Origin: a virus
Reading direction: 5' to 3' (one strand)
Length of the DNA stretch: 64,000 nt
IMG/VR virus record: IMGVR_UViG_3300025770_000006
Coordinates: 109,359 to 173,358 of that record
This document shows, piece by piece, positions 10,527 to 21,476 of this stretch. The position numbers were made by a program, and so were the translations under genes. Numbering within the stretch: the stretch's first letter is position 1; each line of letters begins with the position of its first letter. Under the pieces are notes generated by a model, which was given only the letters and a program-made list of their open reading frames with translations, was not told where the DNA came from and searched no databases.

Positions 10527-10895
10527 ATGAGTAATAACTTTAGACCCAAGCGAGGTTCAAGTTTCTTCCTTAAATCAATGCCCCGATCACAGTATGCGTT
10601 CGGGATCTGTCTGTCCTCTAAGTCTGATGAAGATGACGAGTATAAGATCATTCGCACAGATTTTGCAGATAATCCTTCGGAAGCTCTCAAACTCGCACTC
10701 GTACACACAGATATGTTCGACTTCCAAGACACTGACCTTTACGGTGTGGTCGAGTGGGATAAGACGATTGTTAAATCTCTGTCCCGTAAGCAACTTTTTG
10801 GTAAAGGTCTTGAGGTTCGTTTACTCACACATGACCAAGAGCAACCCTCCCCTTTTGTCGAGGAAAGCGTAGAAACTCTCTTCATCGAGGATTAG
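10527..10895 (+). CDS. Hypothetical protein
   Basis: 122-aa ORF with AGGAG RBS. Confidence 0.7.
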   Translation: MSNNFRPKRGSSFFLKSMPRSQYAFGICLSSKSDEDDEYKIIRTDFADNPSEALKLALVHTDMFDFQDTDLYGVVEWDKTIVKSLSRKQLFGKGLEVRLLTHDQEQPSPFVEESVETLFIED

Positions 10896-10937
10896 GTTTG
10901 TAACCCCTTGTCTATTAAGTCTTGAAAGGACAACACT

Positions 10938-11225
10938 ATGAAAACACTTACACTTTTTTTTCTTCTTCTTTCCACTGCCTGTACCGATGCTACTTGGGAT
11001 AAGTACGCTGTCTTAGGGAATAAGGCAGAGGTCAAGTGCTACTCTGGCCCCTTGCTTATCTTTCATGGGGTCAGCACAGGAAAGATAAGCAATGAGCAAA
11101 ACAGCGATGGCTACTTTGCTCGATGGAATGTCATCTCTGTAGACGGAAAATGGAAACACATCGACACTACTAAGCCTGTTAGTGCAGGTGTAAGTGGGAA
11201 CTGCACAATCATCTACATCGACTAA
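10938..11225 (+). CDS. Putative lipoprotein
   Basis: Signal peptide MKTLTLFFLLLSTA followed by Cys (lipobox-like). Confidence 0.7.
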   Translation: MKTLTLFFLLLSTACTDATWDKYAVLGNKAEVKCYSGPLLIFHGVSTGKISNEQNSDGYFARWNVISVDGKWKHIDTTKPVSAGVSGNCTIIYID

Positions 11226-11267
11226 GCAAGGATCTTATTCATATCACTATATAAAGGAGAACCGAAT

Positions 11268-11735
11268 ATGAACCAGCAAGCCATTGACGCAAAGATCAAA
11301 GAGACACAATCTAAGATCAAAGAGTTGCATCCCAACTCTTGCACCTCATGTTCGGGTAGAGGTGGTCGGATAGTCCCTTCTTGGGAAGACAGTCGAGACA
11401 TCGTACTATGTGGTGGGTGTGTCCTCAAAGGACTTGACCCCCTCGACATGACCAAAGATCTCATCCCCTTTGATTATGAGGGGGAGTACGGTACAGAATA
11501 TATCGAGGAATGCATCCTTGATGGATATGACCCCCGTGAGGTCTCTGAAATGAATGGTCTTGAACTAGAGGATCACTATAAAAATTGCACCTCACCAACT
11601 CTAAGTGAGGGGATACTTTATGGGGCGTGGACAGGATTGCCTACCTTAGTTCAAAATCTGCTCGACCTAAAAGAAGAGATTCATCAAATACAAAAGAGGT
11701 ATGCGAACCTCGTATTATCGGAGGACATAAAATGA
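11268..11735 (+). CDS. Hypothetical protein with a CxxC...CxxC (DnaJ-like) zinc finger
   Basis: CTSCSGRGG...CGGC; AAGGAG RBS. Confidence 0.65.
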   Translation: MNQQAIDAKIKETQSKIKELHPNSCTSCSGRGGRIVPSWEDSRDIVLCGGCVLKGLDPLDMTKDLIPFDYEGEYGTEYIEECILDGYDPREVSEMNGLELEDHYKNCTSPTLSEGILYGAWTGLPTLVQNLLDLKEEIHQIQKRYANLVLSEDIK

Positions 11736-12127
11736 AAGAGATCAAAGCAAAAATCCAAGACATAATGGAAGCCTACCCTAACATGAACATTGAGGGTATC
11801 TCACTGCCCATATTGTACACTAAGAGGGAGTCTCCTGCTCAACGCAAAGAACGACTCCAAATGCTTCGAGAATCTCTCTTAACTGATGTTGGGTGTGTAG
11901 AGGTGGCTACTGTCATAAAGTGGCTCAGAACCTCAAATAAGGCTCGTAGAACTAAACTGATGAACACTAAGTACAGTAGCTTTGGTCTAAAGACTTATGT
12001 AGAACAAGATATGGGTGTTGGAATCTCTAATGGTTCATTCATCGTAGGGGCGATGATTTGTGGATGCCGAGCCGAGCAAGTAAAAGCCTCAGAGAACGCA
12101 CACCTCAACTTAAGGGTTAAAGGTTAG
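11732..12127 (+). CDS. Hypothetical protein
   Basis: ATG at 11732 after GGAGG; SFGLKTYVE...NGSFIVGAMICG. Confidence 0.65.
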   Translation: MKEIKAKIQDIMEAYPNMNIEGISLPILYTKRESPAQRKERLQMLRESLLTDVGCVEVATVIKWLRTSNKARRTKLMNTKYSSFGLKTYVEQDMGVGISNGSFIVGAMICGCRAEQVKASENAHLNLRVKG

Positions 12128-12417
12128 CCCTCAACTCTTAGGGAGATCTCATCTCGAAGAACAGGTTCAACTAAAGCAAAGATCGCTTCATCTAAAGACT
12201 CGTGTGTGGATTTATTCTCAAGGTAGACAACAACCCACTCTGAGGCATCCCTCCTAAGCACCACACTCAAACCTCGCTCGGTAATCAATGTGATGGAGGT
12301 AGGGGAGAGGTTTAAACGCACCCTAAGAGCAGTTTCTACCCCCCCTCTAGGGAAACTACCCAATGGGGCAGAAAACAAGCTCTTAACGATTTTTATGGCT
12401 TCATTTAGTGTTCTCAT
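12124..12417 (-). CDS. Hypothetical protein
   Basis: ATG at 12417 with AAGGAGGT RBS and promoter-like TAGATTATCTAT upstream. Confidence 0.6.
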   Translation of the reverse strand: MRTLNEAIKIVKSLFSAPLGSFPRGGVETALRVRLNLSPTSITLITERGLSVVLRRDASEWVVVYLENKSTHESLDEAIFALVEPVLRDEISLRVEG

Positions 12418-12546
12418 AGACACCTCCTTCATATAAGGATTGATGATAGATAATCTATGAGGAGATAGAGTAATGTGTAACCCCTTATCTATGAGATAAT
12501 ATAAGGGGTCGATAACCGACCACACCACTCCCAAACGGAGAACAAA

Positions 12547-13038
12547 ATGAATACTCTAAAAACCAAAATCGCATCCAGCCTCTCAGTCACCTCAGCCATC
12601 ATGCTAGTGATCATCCCGATGGTCATGGTTGTGTCTTGCATAGACACATTCAATAATGATTTGGGGGGGATCGAGGACGAGATTAGAGAGATCAACCGAT
12701 CTGTCCAAGCTCAGATGTATGTCTGTGATGGTATCGAAGAGCCTGTCTACTATCGGGGGAGGAAAAGGTACAACGGGAATCACACCCGTTATCACAGGTA
12801 CCAGTCAACAACGACTGGTCAAATGTATCGCCCCCGCCACAGACCCATCTGTCAAGAGTTAGGGGAAAGACCTTTCACAGAAGATAACCTTGAGCGAATC
12901 GCACAACTCAACTCTGAGATTTGCAAGGAAGGTGACGACCTATGGTACAGAAACTTGTGGTTCATCTGTCTTTGGGTCTTCTTCCTTGGATTCAATTTCT
13001 ACCTCCATAGGGGAGATCGTAAACAACCTCGATTATAA
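12547..13038 (+). CDS. Putative membrane protein
   Basis: Hydrophobic segments near both termini; GGAG RBS. Confidence 0.6.
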   Translation: MNTLKTKIASSLSVTSAIMLVIIPMVMVVSCIDTFNNDLGGIEDEIREINRSVQAQMYVCDGIEEPVYYRGRKRYNGNHTRYHRYQSTTTGQMYRPRHRPICQELGERPFTEDNLERIAQLNSEICKEGDDLWYRNLWFICLWVFFLGFNFYLHRGDRKQPRL

Positions 13039-13040
13039 TG

Positions 13041-15344
13041 TTAAGGGGTGATCGCTAGGTTCTGACCTCTAGGTGGGCAGAAGGTCAAGAAAGGTATCCC
13101 CAAAATTGGATGGATGTCCGACCCACATATGATAGGGCCAACTGACGCTCCTGGCGAACCAATCACTACAGATGCTCCACTGATAGACACATTAGCGTTT
13201 CCCCTTAACGCAACCACATTAGCTGTCATCGCAATGACTGTACCTGCTGTGGCTACAACTGCACCAGCAGGAGCAAGGAACTTAGTGCCTGTAGGATCAG
13301 TCATTTGAACAGTCGTTCCCACAACTGTTTGGTCAGACCCTGCCACAATGGTTTTAGTCTCTGTACCTACAGCAATCGTCTTAGTGTTCGTAGCAGGCCC
13401 AATGTATATTTCTGACTTACCTCCAAACGCATTGGTGTATGAGTCAGAGGGTAAACCTGCACCACCCGTTACAGGAGACTCGGTTACTGTTACTTTACGA
13501 GCTGGTGATGCCAACGCATTAAACCCTGCTGGTCCTCCACACACTTGCTCAAAGCTACCCATTGAGGATTGCTTAATCGTGTCTGCTGTCTGTGATAATC
13601 CTGCACCAGTATTAAACTCCATTTGATCTGACGAAGCTAACCTTACTTGACCGACCTGTGAGAAATCTACAATAGGAGCTTTGAACGCTATTGCTGTACC
13701 CGACTGTATGCTAATCCTTTTAGTTCCTTTGATGATGACTGATACTGAAGCATCCGAACCATCTAAGGGATCTCCCTCCTCACTACCCGAACCATTGACT
13801 TCAACAGCCCCTAAAGAGCTAATGGTCGTCTTTGTTGTGGTTGCGAAGGTTGATTTATCACTCTGCACAAGCAGGTCATTATTAACCTCTAACAACGCTC
13901 CACCCTCTACTCTAGCTTCCATAGCATCTTGTGAAGGACTAGAAATGTTAGCCTTGAACTTCCCTCCTTTTGTGAAGGACACAAAAGAGTCGGCTATATT
14001 AGGTACGACAGGTGTAACTCTTAAAAGAGTAGCGGCATGATCCGAGAATGGTGTAGATTCATTCGCCACACCAAGCGTTGTTAAAGAAGGTACGACAGGT
14101 AGTCCGTAGTCCTCTTTACCCTTCGCTGAAAAAGCATCGTTGCCTACAGGTGTTCCTAACACCCACTCAATAAATGGAGGTGCGTTATTTACATCAGGTC
14201 GATTACTTGCCCTATCGGAATCAAACCCATCTGTCTGTTCTGTCACAGGCAGACTTCCATCTGCCGTGTGATTCATTTCTATACGATACTCGGTAAAGGC
14301 TAGACCGTTATTAAAAGCATTTTTACCAAACTCATTACCAACACGAAGGATAGACTTCCCACCATAAATGATGTCGCCTTCTCTGTTTAACTCATCATAG
14401 TTCTCATCCACAAACCCTGCGTTATACAAGAATACATACGGATCTAAATGCGTAGGGAAATCCCCATTAAAACCAGTACGCTCTCCCTCAATGTTTACAC
14501 CTAACCCGTCAAAATCTTCTCTTTGAAAAACTGGGTGGGGCTGTAGTTCTCCTTGTTCTAAAGGGTTCTTGAAACCCTCACCACCACTGAAAGGGTTATA
14601 AGGATTACCCTCAGAGTCTATCTGTATGTCGGCATCCCACTTGATCCCGTCAGAGAACATCTCTCTCGGTAGAGTTCTAGCATCTCTCTGAACCATGCCT
14701 GCGTACACCCTAGCTCCCGACATCGCATGGAACTGTTGTAAAGACCTCATCACAATCGCTTGGTCTTGATCCCTTATGATGATCTCATTGGCTCTCCTAT
14801 TACTCAATAGAACGCTCTCATCAAGTACCATATCAGCCCCTTGAGATGAACTCGCTCCTATATTGCCAGGTGAGAAATGTCTCATCTTATGTCGAACACG
14901 CTGATGGAAGTTTTGGACAATCTGTCTGTTCTTATTGTCCTCTAGGACACCCTCTTGAGGATCAAACCCTTGAGTCATGTGCCAATCATGTCTAACCCAA
15001 GGTGTTGAAGGCCACCACGCTAATATCGCAGGTGTCTTACCCGCTGTACCTGCTCTCGTGTCATTCGCAAACCAACCCACAACACACTGATCCCCTATCT
15101 CTGGTATACCTCCCATAAAGTGTCGGTTGCCCATAGAGGGCATCAATAACTCAACCCCTGTTAAAGCTCTCGTGTCCGCACCACTCCCGTTAAGGATTTC
15201 TAAAGTGCATCTCATCTCCTCCCAATGCATCTCTACAATCTGTGCAATGCACATAGAGAGAGCTGACCAACCCCTACTTGAATCAGCAGACTTACTCTCA
15301 ATCGCTTTCTGTTCCCTCATTAAATTTACATCAGTCATTATCAT
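13041..15344 (-). CDS. Baseplate central spike (gp5/gpV/VgrG-like)
   Basis: N-terminal OB-fold signature (PEIGDQCVVGW), C-terminal beta-helix-like repeats, last gene of the tail operon. Confidence 0.65.
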   Translation of the reverse strand: MIMTDVNLMREQKAIESKSADSSRGWSALSMCIAQIVEMHWEEMRCTLEILNGSGADTRALTGVELLMPSMGNRHFMGGIPEIGDQCVVGWFANDTRAGTAGKTPAILAWWPSTPWVRHDWHMTQGFDPQEGVLEDNKNRQIVQNFHQRVRHKMRHFSPGNIGASSSQGADMVLDESVLLSNRRANEIIIRDQDQAIVMRSLQQFHAMSGARVYAGMVQRDARTLPREMFSDGIKWDADIQIDSEGNPYNPFSGGEGFKNPLEQGELQPHPVFQREDFDGLGVNIEGERTGFNGDFPTHLDPYVFLYNAGFVDENYDELNREGDIIYGGKSILRVGNEFGKNAFNNGLAFTEYRIEMNHTADGSLPVTEQTDGFDSDRASNRPDVNNAPPFIEWVLGTPVGNDAFSAKGKEDYGLPVVPSLTTLGVANESTPFSDHAATLLRVTPVVPNIADSFVSFTKGGKFKANISSPSQDAMEARVEGGALLEVNNDLLVQSDKSTFATTTKTTISSLGAVEVNGSGSEEGDPLDGSDASVSVIIKGTKRISIQSGTAIAFKAPIVDFSQVGQVRLASSDQMEFNTGAGLSQTADTIKQSSMGSFEQVCGGPAGFNALASPARKVTVTESPVTGGAGLPSDSYTNAFGGKSEIYIGPATNTKTIAVGTETKTIVAGSDQTVVGTTVQMTDPTGTKFLAPAGAVVATAGTVIAMTANVVALRGNANVSISGASVVIGSPGASVGPIICGSDIHPILGIPFLTFCPPRGQNLAITP

Positions 15345-18300
15345 CTCCTCCTACTCGTTTTGAGGCGGCTTTAATTGCTTTTGCTTGATCACTTAGTTGA
15401 TCTAAACCTGCACTTGCACTTGAAACTGCTCCTGCAAATGGATTTCTAAACGATGTCTGTAAGGTATCTGCGTCTTCATCTACCTCAGTAAATGAAGATA
15501 GCAAGCGATTGTTACCTCGATTGTTAAAATCAAATCCATCACCAAAACCACTTGAAGTAGCAAAACCCCCTTGACCTGGTGGCACTCTCTCGATATTTTC
15601 ACCTCGTAAAGCTGTCTGATGCTCTCTCCATTCAACTGATTTCTTCTCGGTCATATTTCTAATGCCTCTCAGTGCTGGGTTCTCAATCTCTAAGAAGTTG
15701 TCTAAGTCTAATGACCCCTCCAATAAGATTGCGTCTGTGCTGTGTATTCTACATTCGCAAACCACATTCCCATCTTCACTAGGGTAAATCTCTGAAAGAG
15801 CTGAAGGGATGTTCGTAATGATCTGTTCATCACTACGAGTCATTAACCTATTCGCTAACACACTCGCATCATCCTTGGTTATTGCGTTATCATCTGTATC
15901 TCGTTTTTCTGCGTCTAACCCTAACCCAACCCTAAGACGATCTCTATCTTCTGCTGATAGAGACATTACTCTGCGTATATACTGTTGCTTCAATCTCTTT
16001 CTAAAATCTGTTTGGTTACTGGCTTCATCTAAGTTATCCATCGCTTCATCTAACCCTTTCGGAGTCAATACCTGTGAGGGATCTTGCCTTAAAAGAGCGT
16101 CAAATAATGTGCCTCTTGAGGGGCTTAAACCACGACCATATTGATACGCCCCAAATACCTCATACCCCTTAGCATCAGAAATAGGGAAGATTGGTGTGAT
16201 GGTAGGAGTCGTATCTTTTTTCGTTGTGTATGTAGTCCCACTGAGTTCTACCGTACCCAAATCTGCTGTAGGGAGGATCGTATTTGGTTTAATCGTTCTA
16301 TATACAAAACCCCTCACCGCAGTTATTAACTCTTCTTGCGTTTTGACATTTGCTTCTGTGGGGTTTGCAGTTAGCTCTTTCCATTTATCTTCATTGTACG
16401 CAAGCTTTACTTTCTCTTTAGTCAACTTTCTAAGAGCATATACGATGACGGAAGCAAAGTGGCTGGCCAACGAGTTTGTATTTGTGACTACTTTACCCGC
16501 CCGACTCCGTTTAGCAGTTGGAGGGAACTTAATGTCTAGTCCTGTACTTTTACTTTTTTTAGAAGAGGCTAAGGTTTCCGTTGTTCCTGCAAAGATCTCT
16601 GTACCATTTGCAAAGTAATCACTTGCTTCTGCACTATCCCAATTCGCTACAGGAAAGTCGATTCTAAGAAGAGGTACTTTCAGTTTGTCTATTTTAGGGT
16701 CTGCTGATGCATTGAAGAATCTTTCAATGATAGTACCAGCCTTTGTATTTTGATTGAAGTTTTTTGCTTTAAGCAATGCACCTTTAATATGTCTATACAA
16801 ACCCTCCCAATACTCAGTTCCTGGTTTATAGTTCCTTTGAAACCAAACCTGTGAGATTTTAAGTATAGGGCCTTTTGACTTACTTACAGAGAATTGACTA
16901 GTAACTTGAAAAGACAAAGATGTGATGTCTTTAGTCGGCACATACTCTACACCATTAGAATACATTGTTTTCGTCATCAAACCCCTAACGATCTGTCCAC
17001 GAGTGGATGAATCATTGCCGAAGACAACGGTATCCCCATCTCCATCGGGTTTAGCCTTGACTACATTATCCTTAACAGTGTCGGGTACATTGTCATTGAA
17101 ACGAAGTTCGGGAACTTCTCTTTGTGTGTCTATGTTGTACTCAGTCAACTCTGGACCTTGATGTTCGGGACTTGGGTGTGATGATGAATAGTATCTAAAG
17201 TAACCCTGTGCTTTCGGAACAAAGCTCGATTTCTTATCCGAGAGAGCTGACATCAAGTTCTGTAAGGGAGAGTTGCTAGGATTACGACCCTGTGGTGATT
17301 GGATAAGGTAAATAAGGTCAAGGATCGTAGCTGTATTAGATTCCCCTGTAGGGTTGGGGTTTTTCTTTGTGCCTGCTTCACCATAGACACCTGCTGTACC
17401 TACTGCCTTCTGGATGTCGCCCTGTACTGATTCCAATCTATTAGCTTCTTTTTTCCTTGCTTTTTCAACCTTCGCGGATTGACCCCCTTTCCCTATCGCC
17501 AATGCGGCATTCCCTGCGTCCTTACGAGATTTATCCGTAATCGTCTTTAACTCTGCTGTGCCTGCAATCTCACCCTTCACTAAAGGAAGCACTACTTTTC
17601 TTGGTGCAGACCCATCACTTGAAGGGACCATTAAAAACCAAGGGCCTTTACGAAGATCCACATTAGGCTCTGCATTGAGAATACCCAATCGCATACCCTC
17701 ATTGATAATCATGTTCCTATAACGCACACGCTCCTTTGGTTTTTTACCTCCTATGTTATGGAAGTCTGGTGTATAGAACAACATACTTGGACTAATGTTC
17801 TGGTGGTCAAAAGCCATGACCACATTGGGGAATCCAGTGATCTTTTTATAAGCAACATCACTGTCTTGTGATTGAGCATTAATTTGTCTGCTACCCTCAT
17901 CTGTTCGATCATACCTCTTGTAAATATATCTTTCGGGTAACTCGGTGCGACCTAGATCTACTGCACGAGAAGGATCATCCCTATACTTAACTGAAGCATC
18001 TCCTGGTGGAATAAACTTTTTACGCTGACAAGTTAAGGTAAGCGATGTCGTGCATGAGCCACCATAACTGAATGAATGATTGATTGATTCCACATAATAA
18101 TAGCAATCGTTCTCCTCAATGTAGACAGGATATCCTGCTTTCATTTCGGGTCTTAGAGGAATGGTCACACTACACCCCTCTGTCGTCTTATTTTGCTTGT
18201 CTAATTCTACAGCCGCCGCATAGTATGCTTGCCTTCCATTACTGTAAAAAGATGAGTCAAAATCTTGACCCTTCCAACCATATTTGGCGACCAAAGCGTA

Positions 18301-19719
18301 GTCCACATAGACACCCTTAACACCCCATTCTCCTGTAGGGGCGACTCCATTAAAGTTCCTAAAGTGAGATCCCTTCATAGTAACATAAGTCGCTTCGGGT
18401 TCAGCATGGGTAAAACTAATGTCGATTATATCTTCTCTGTAAATGTTATAGACTCGATCAGAAGAGGTATCCATGTTGTACATAGGGGGTTTAAATACTA
18501 AGTCTCCATCCATGTCTTGGTAGAACTCATAGCCAGTTGCTTCACATACACGATTCGCTATGCTTTTCTTACTCTCCATGTTTGACTCAAAGAAAGAGAT
18601 TTGACCAAATGAACCTAAGTCGGGTACGAAAGGTTTTAGTTGGAAAACACTCAACCCTTTCTTATCTTTCTCTGTTACTTTACCTAATAACCTCGCGTCC
18701 ATTGTCCTTTGAACACGACCCTGTGTTGCGTTGTTATGTTCAAACGCTATCAAACCAGCCTTAACCATTCGAGAGAAAGAAATCCCTTTACTTTTCTCTT
18801 GTGAATAAGGTTTCTGTTGTTGTTTAATTACTCCCCTAAACTCAGCCTGCTTTTCACCTTTAGTCACAGTTTTATTCGCTACGATCTGTGTCTCTATCGC
18901 TGAATACATACGACCCGATGCACCATACATACGAAGCCCATACATACCATTCTTGAATCGTTGCTCTAAGTACCTAATCATCAATGAGTAAAGCTGAGGT
19001 CCTGTACCCGATCTCGCTTTAATGTTCGACTTCTTTGATAAAGCGAAACCAGTACCCTCTGCACTACCTCCTGAATCTAAGAACAAATCATAAATGACTT
19101 GGTGAGGGGTCATCCCTGTATATACATGACCTCTAAGATTAACTGAACCACGAGACATCGTAGGATCAGCGGCAAAGTATCCTTGCTGTGTATTGATCTG
19201 TTGGTTATCCCAAAAAGAGAGCATATTTCTCGTGGATATAGACACATCATACGCCCCGTCCGTTAGTGAGACATCAACTCCCGATATGACTCCATGAAAG
19301 ACAGGGTAATAAGGTCGAATCTCAGTATCTGGTGCTGATAATGTTTCTCCATTCTCTAGGTCTATATTGTCAGCTTTTAAGGCAAGCTCTTTTACTTGGA
19401 AGAATCCCCTATAATAAACGAAAACCTCAATCCCCGATACGAGGATAAACTTACCGTCTTTATATACAGAGTCTCCATAAGCCCAAGGGATCTTCAAAGA
19501 TATATCACAACCGTTAGATCCATCTACCCCACCACTTGCACTCACTGTAGTGATGAATCTTGAGAAATCAATCTTGTTCCTACAAGTTGGGCAACCAGGT
19601 AATGTTGTTTCACCATTAAAAGTAACGATGGCATCGGGAGTCCATGAACGAGTCTTTCGGTACTTATTTACAAAGTCTTCTGACCAGTTTCCTGCGTATG
19701 GTCTATTACTTACTTTCAT
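15331..19719 (-). CDS. Baseplate hub / tail protein (gp27-like) with a large insertion
   Basis: YEFYQDMDGDLVFKPP and IPLRPEMKAGYPV...YYVESINHSF motifs; position between tape measure and spike. Confidence 0.65.
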   Translation of the reverse strand: MKVSNRPYAGNWSEDFVNKYRKTRSWTPDAIVTFNGETTLPGCPTCRNKIDFSRFITTVSASGGVDGSNGCDISLKIPWAYGDSVYKDGKFILVSGIEVFVYYRGFFQVKELALKADNIDLENGETLSAPDTEIRPYYPVFHGVISGVDVSLTDGAYDVSISTRNMLSFWDNQQINTQQGYFAADPTMSRGSVNLRGHVYTGMTPHQVIYDLFLDSGGSAEGTGFALSKKSNIKARSGTGPQLYSLMIRYLEQRFKNGMYGLRMYGASGRMYSAIETQIVANKTVTKGEKQAEFRGVIKQQQKPYSQEKSKGISFSRMVKAGLIAFEHNNATQGRVQRTMDARLLGKVTEKDKKGLSVFQLKPFVPDLGSFGQISFFESNMESKKSIANRVCEATGYEFYQDMDGDLVFKPPMYNMDTSSDRVYNIYREDIIDISFTHAEPEATYVTMKGSHFRNFNGVAPTGEWGVKGVYVDYALVAKYGWKGQDFDSSFYSNGRQAYYAAAVELDKQNKTTEGCSVTIPLRPEMKAGYPVYIEENDCYYYVESINHSFSYGGSCTTSLTLTCQRKKFIPPGDASVKYRDDPSRAVDLGRTELPERYIYKRYDRTDEGSRQINAQSQDSDVAYKKITGFPNVVMAFDHQNISPSMLFYTPDFHNIGGKKPKERVRYRNMIINEGMRLGILNAEPNVDLRKGPWFLMVPSSDGSAPRKVVLPLVKGEIAGTAELKTITDKSRKDAGNAALAIGKGGQSAKVEKARKKEANRLESVQGDIQKAVGTAGVYGEAGTKKNPNPTGESNTATILDLIYLIQSPQGRNPSNSPLQNLMSALSDKKSSFVPKAQGYFRYYSSSHPSPEHQGPELTEYNIDTQREVPELRFNDNVPDTVKDNVVKAKPDGDGDTVVFGNDSSTRGQIVRGLMTKTMYSNGVEYVPTKDITSLSFQVTSQFSVSKSKGPILKISQVWFQRNYKPGTEYWEGLYRHIKGALLKAKNFNQNTKAGTIIERFFNASADPKIDKLKVPLLRIDFPVANWDSAEASDYFANGTEIFAGTTETLASSKKSKSTGLDIKFPPTAKRSRAGKVVTNTNSLASHFASVIVYALRKLTKEKVKLAYNEDKWKELTANPTEANVKTQEELITAVRGFVYRTIKPNTILPTADLGTVELSGTTYTTKKDTTPTITPIFPISDAKGYEVFGAYQYGRGLSPSRGTLFDALLRQDPSQVLTPKGLDEAMDNLDEASNQTDFRKRLKQQYIRRVMSLSAEDRDRLRVGLGLDAEKRDTDDNAITKDDASVLANRLMTRSDEQIITNIPSALSEIYPSEDGNVVCECRIHSTDAILLEGSLDLDNFLEIENPALRGIRNMTEKKSVEWREHQTALRGENIERVPPGQGGFATSSGFGDGFDFNNRGNNRLLSSFTEVDEDADTLQTSFRNPFAGAVSSASAGLDQLSDQAKAIKAASKRVGGDDND

Positions 19720-19728
19720 ATTAACTCC

Positions 19729-20802
19729 TTAAAAGCCACCTAGATCAACATCGCCTGCTATAGAAGATAAAGCGTCAAGGGTACTTTGACCAATCGAACT
19801 AGCACTGCTTCCTATATCACTGAGATCATCACCCATCTGACCTATGCTACCCACTTGATCGGCACTCGCTGAAGGTGGCTTCATAGGCAATAAATGAGAC
19901 TTATATTCAAAGCCCTCTTGGGTGTGCTTAAACACCGTAAAGCTCATACTAAACTCAATCCCACCATGTGGTTGATCTTCGCTTAAAGAATACTCCATGC
20001 TCTTAAGACGACCTTCCCAAGTCTGTCCATCATAGTGAATACATTGTGTACCCACTGCATGATAAGCTCTCGACCTACCAAGAAGATCTACAATAGTCGC
20101 ACTGTTCCTATATAAAGCGAGGATGGATGTTAGATTTCTGAACGCTAAACTATCTCTGCGACTCACATATTGTAAGCCAGATATGCCTTGAATGTTCCCG
20201 TCAAAGTCTGGTACTTCTACTTTATCTCTACCTGCTATAAATGCACCTATCGTACAGTTGATTGTGATCTCGGTTTGTTCCTCTCCCCAACGATGAAAGA
20301 TAAAACCATAGCGAGTTACATCTCCATAACTCTGCCGATCTGTATAGTTAAAAGAAATAGAGTTAGGGTTGATAGCAAATACAATAGGGGGCAAGTCTAA
20401 CATACGCCTGTGTTGTGCCATGATTGAACGGATCTGATCTCGGTCTGTAAACCCAGCATCTTGTCTTAACTCATTGTTCTCATCTCTTCTCGCTCCATCT
20501 ATTGGTCTTAATGCGTAAGTAGGGAGATTAGGCTTGAACATCGCCACCTCTTTATTCTGCATTGAAGAAATCCTGCCCCTAGACTGACTGACACCACTAA
20601 AAGGCTGACCACTAGGGTTTTTTATATACTCACCAATGTAAGGTGGGTTTAGCCTCAATACAAAAGGAGACATGGATCTTAAATGTTCCATACGACCATG
20701 TTCTAAAGGGATCGCCCCTGGATTATCTTCGGGGAATAAAATAAACTCTTCTGTGGTTGGTAAGTCTACAAAGGGCTTTGTGTCTACTGTTGCTTTAGCC
20801 AT
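19729..20802 (-). CDS. Tail-tube-initiator/baseplate-type protein
   Basis: FAINPNSISF...HRWGEE; similar to the adjacent 223-aa gene; tail operon context. Confidence 0.5.
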   Translation of the reverse strand: MAKATVDTKPFVDLPTTEEFILFPEDNPGAIPLEHGRMEHLRSMSPFVLRLNPPYIGEYIKNPSGQPFSGVSQSRGRISSMQNKEVAMFKPNLPTYALRPIDGARRDENNELRQDAGFTDRDQIRSIMAQHRRMLDLPPIVFAINPNSISFNYTDRQSYGDVTRYGFIFHRWGEEQTEITINCTIGAFIAGRDKVEVPDFDGNIQGISGLQYVSRRDSLAFRNLTSILALYRNSATIVDLLGRSRAYHAVGTQCIHYDGQTWEGRLKSMEYSLSEDQPHGGIEFSMSFTVFKHTQEGFEYKSHLLPMKPPSASADQVGSIGQMGDDLSDIGSSASSIGQSTLDALSSIAGDVDLGGF

Positions 20803-20804
20803 GA

Positions 20805-21476
20805 CTAAAACCTTTCTGAAGGCATTTGAGTTCTTACTCCATGATACTCCCTCTCCACTTGCATCGCCAAACTCACATTAAAACTGTAAGGTGTGTTTGC
20901 GTCATCTGTCACACTAAAAGACTGAAACCACCCGAACCATACCCCTCCGTCAAAGATCATCTTGATCTTACCTTGTACGATGACCCTACCTGTCTGATCA
21001 TAGATCGACCCATTGTTATGAAAGAGAGCGAGTAGGTCGAGGTACTTATCATAAGTGATTGTCTCTCGTCTTGTGCCACCTATACTTGTTCCGATAGTTG
21101 TTTCTTTAAGTGGTGGAGGACCCATGAAATCAGTGTAAGTTGTCGATGTTTGAGAGTTAGGGGGGATTGTTACTGGGCCAGTCACTGCACTTAGACCAGT
21201 ATAGGGTCTGATGAAAGCACCACTAGATGCTTCAAGTGATATGGTCGTAGGGTTATCTCCCCAATAGTATTCAATCCAACCACTCAGCGTGGGAGAAATC
21301 TCATGCTTCTTCTCGTATGAGAATGAGATGTTCTTCGGGTTTGCGTGTAAGGTCATCTTCACATCATCGGGCAACAAAGAGGTAACCCCATCGGGAGCGA
21401 CTATATCAAAGACAAAAGGTCTAATACCTAGATTGGAATCGGCTATGTCTTTATGTGGTATGGGTGATTTAATCAT
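20805..21476 (-). CDS. Tail-tube-initiator/baseplate-type protein
   Basis: ANPKNISF...YYWGD...GWFQSFSVTDDANTPYSF; immediately downstream of the tape measure gene. Confidence 0.55.
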   Translation of the reverse strand: MIKSPIPHKDIADSNLGIRPFVFDIVAPDGVTSLLPDDVKMTLHANPKNISFSYEKKHEISPTLSGWIEYYWGDNPTTISLEASSGAFIRPYTGLSAVTGPVTIPPNSQTSTTYTDFMGPPPLKETTIGTSIGGTRRETITYDKYLDLLALFHNNGSIYDQTGRVIVQGKIKMIFDGGVWFGWFQSFSVTDDANTPYSFNVSLAMQVEREYHGVRTQMPSERF

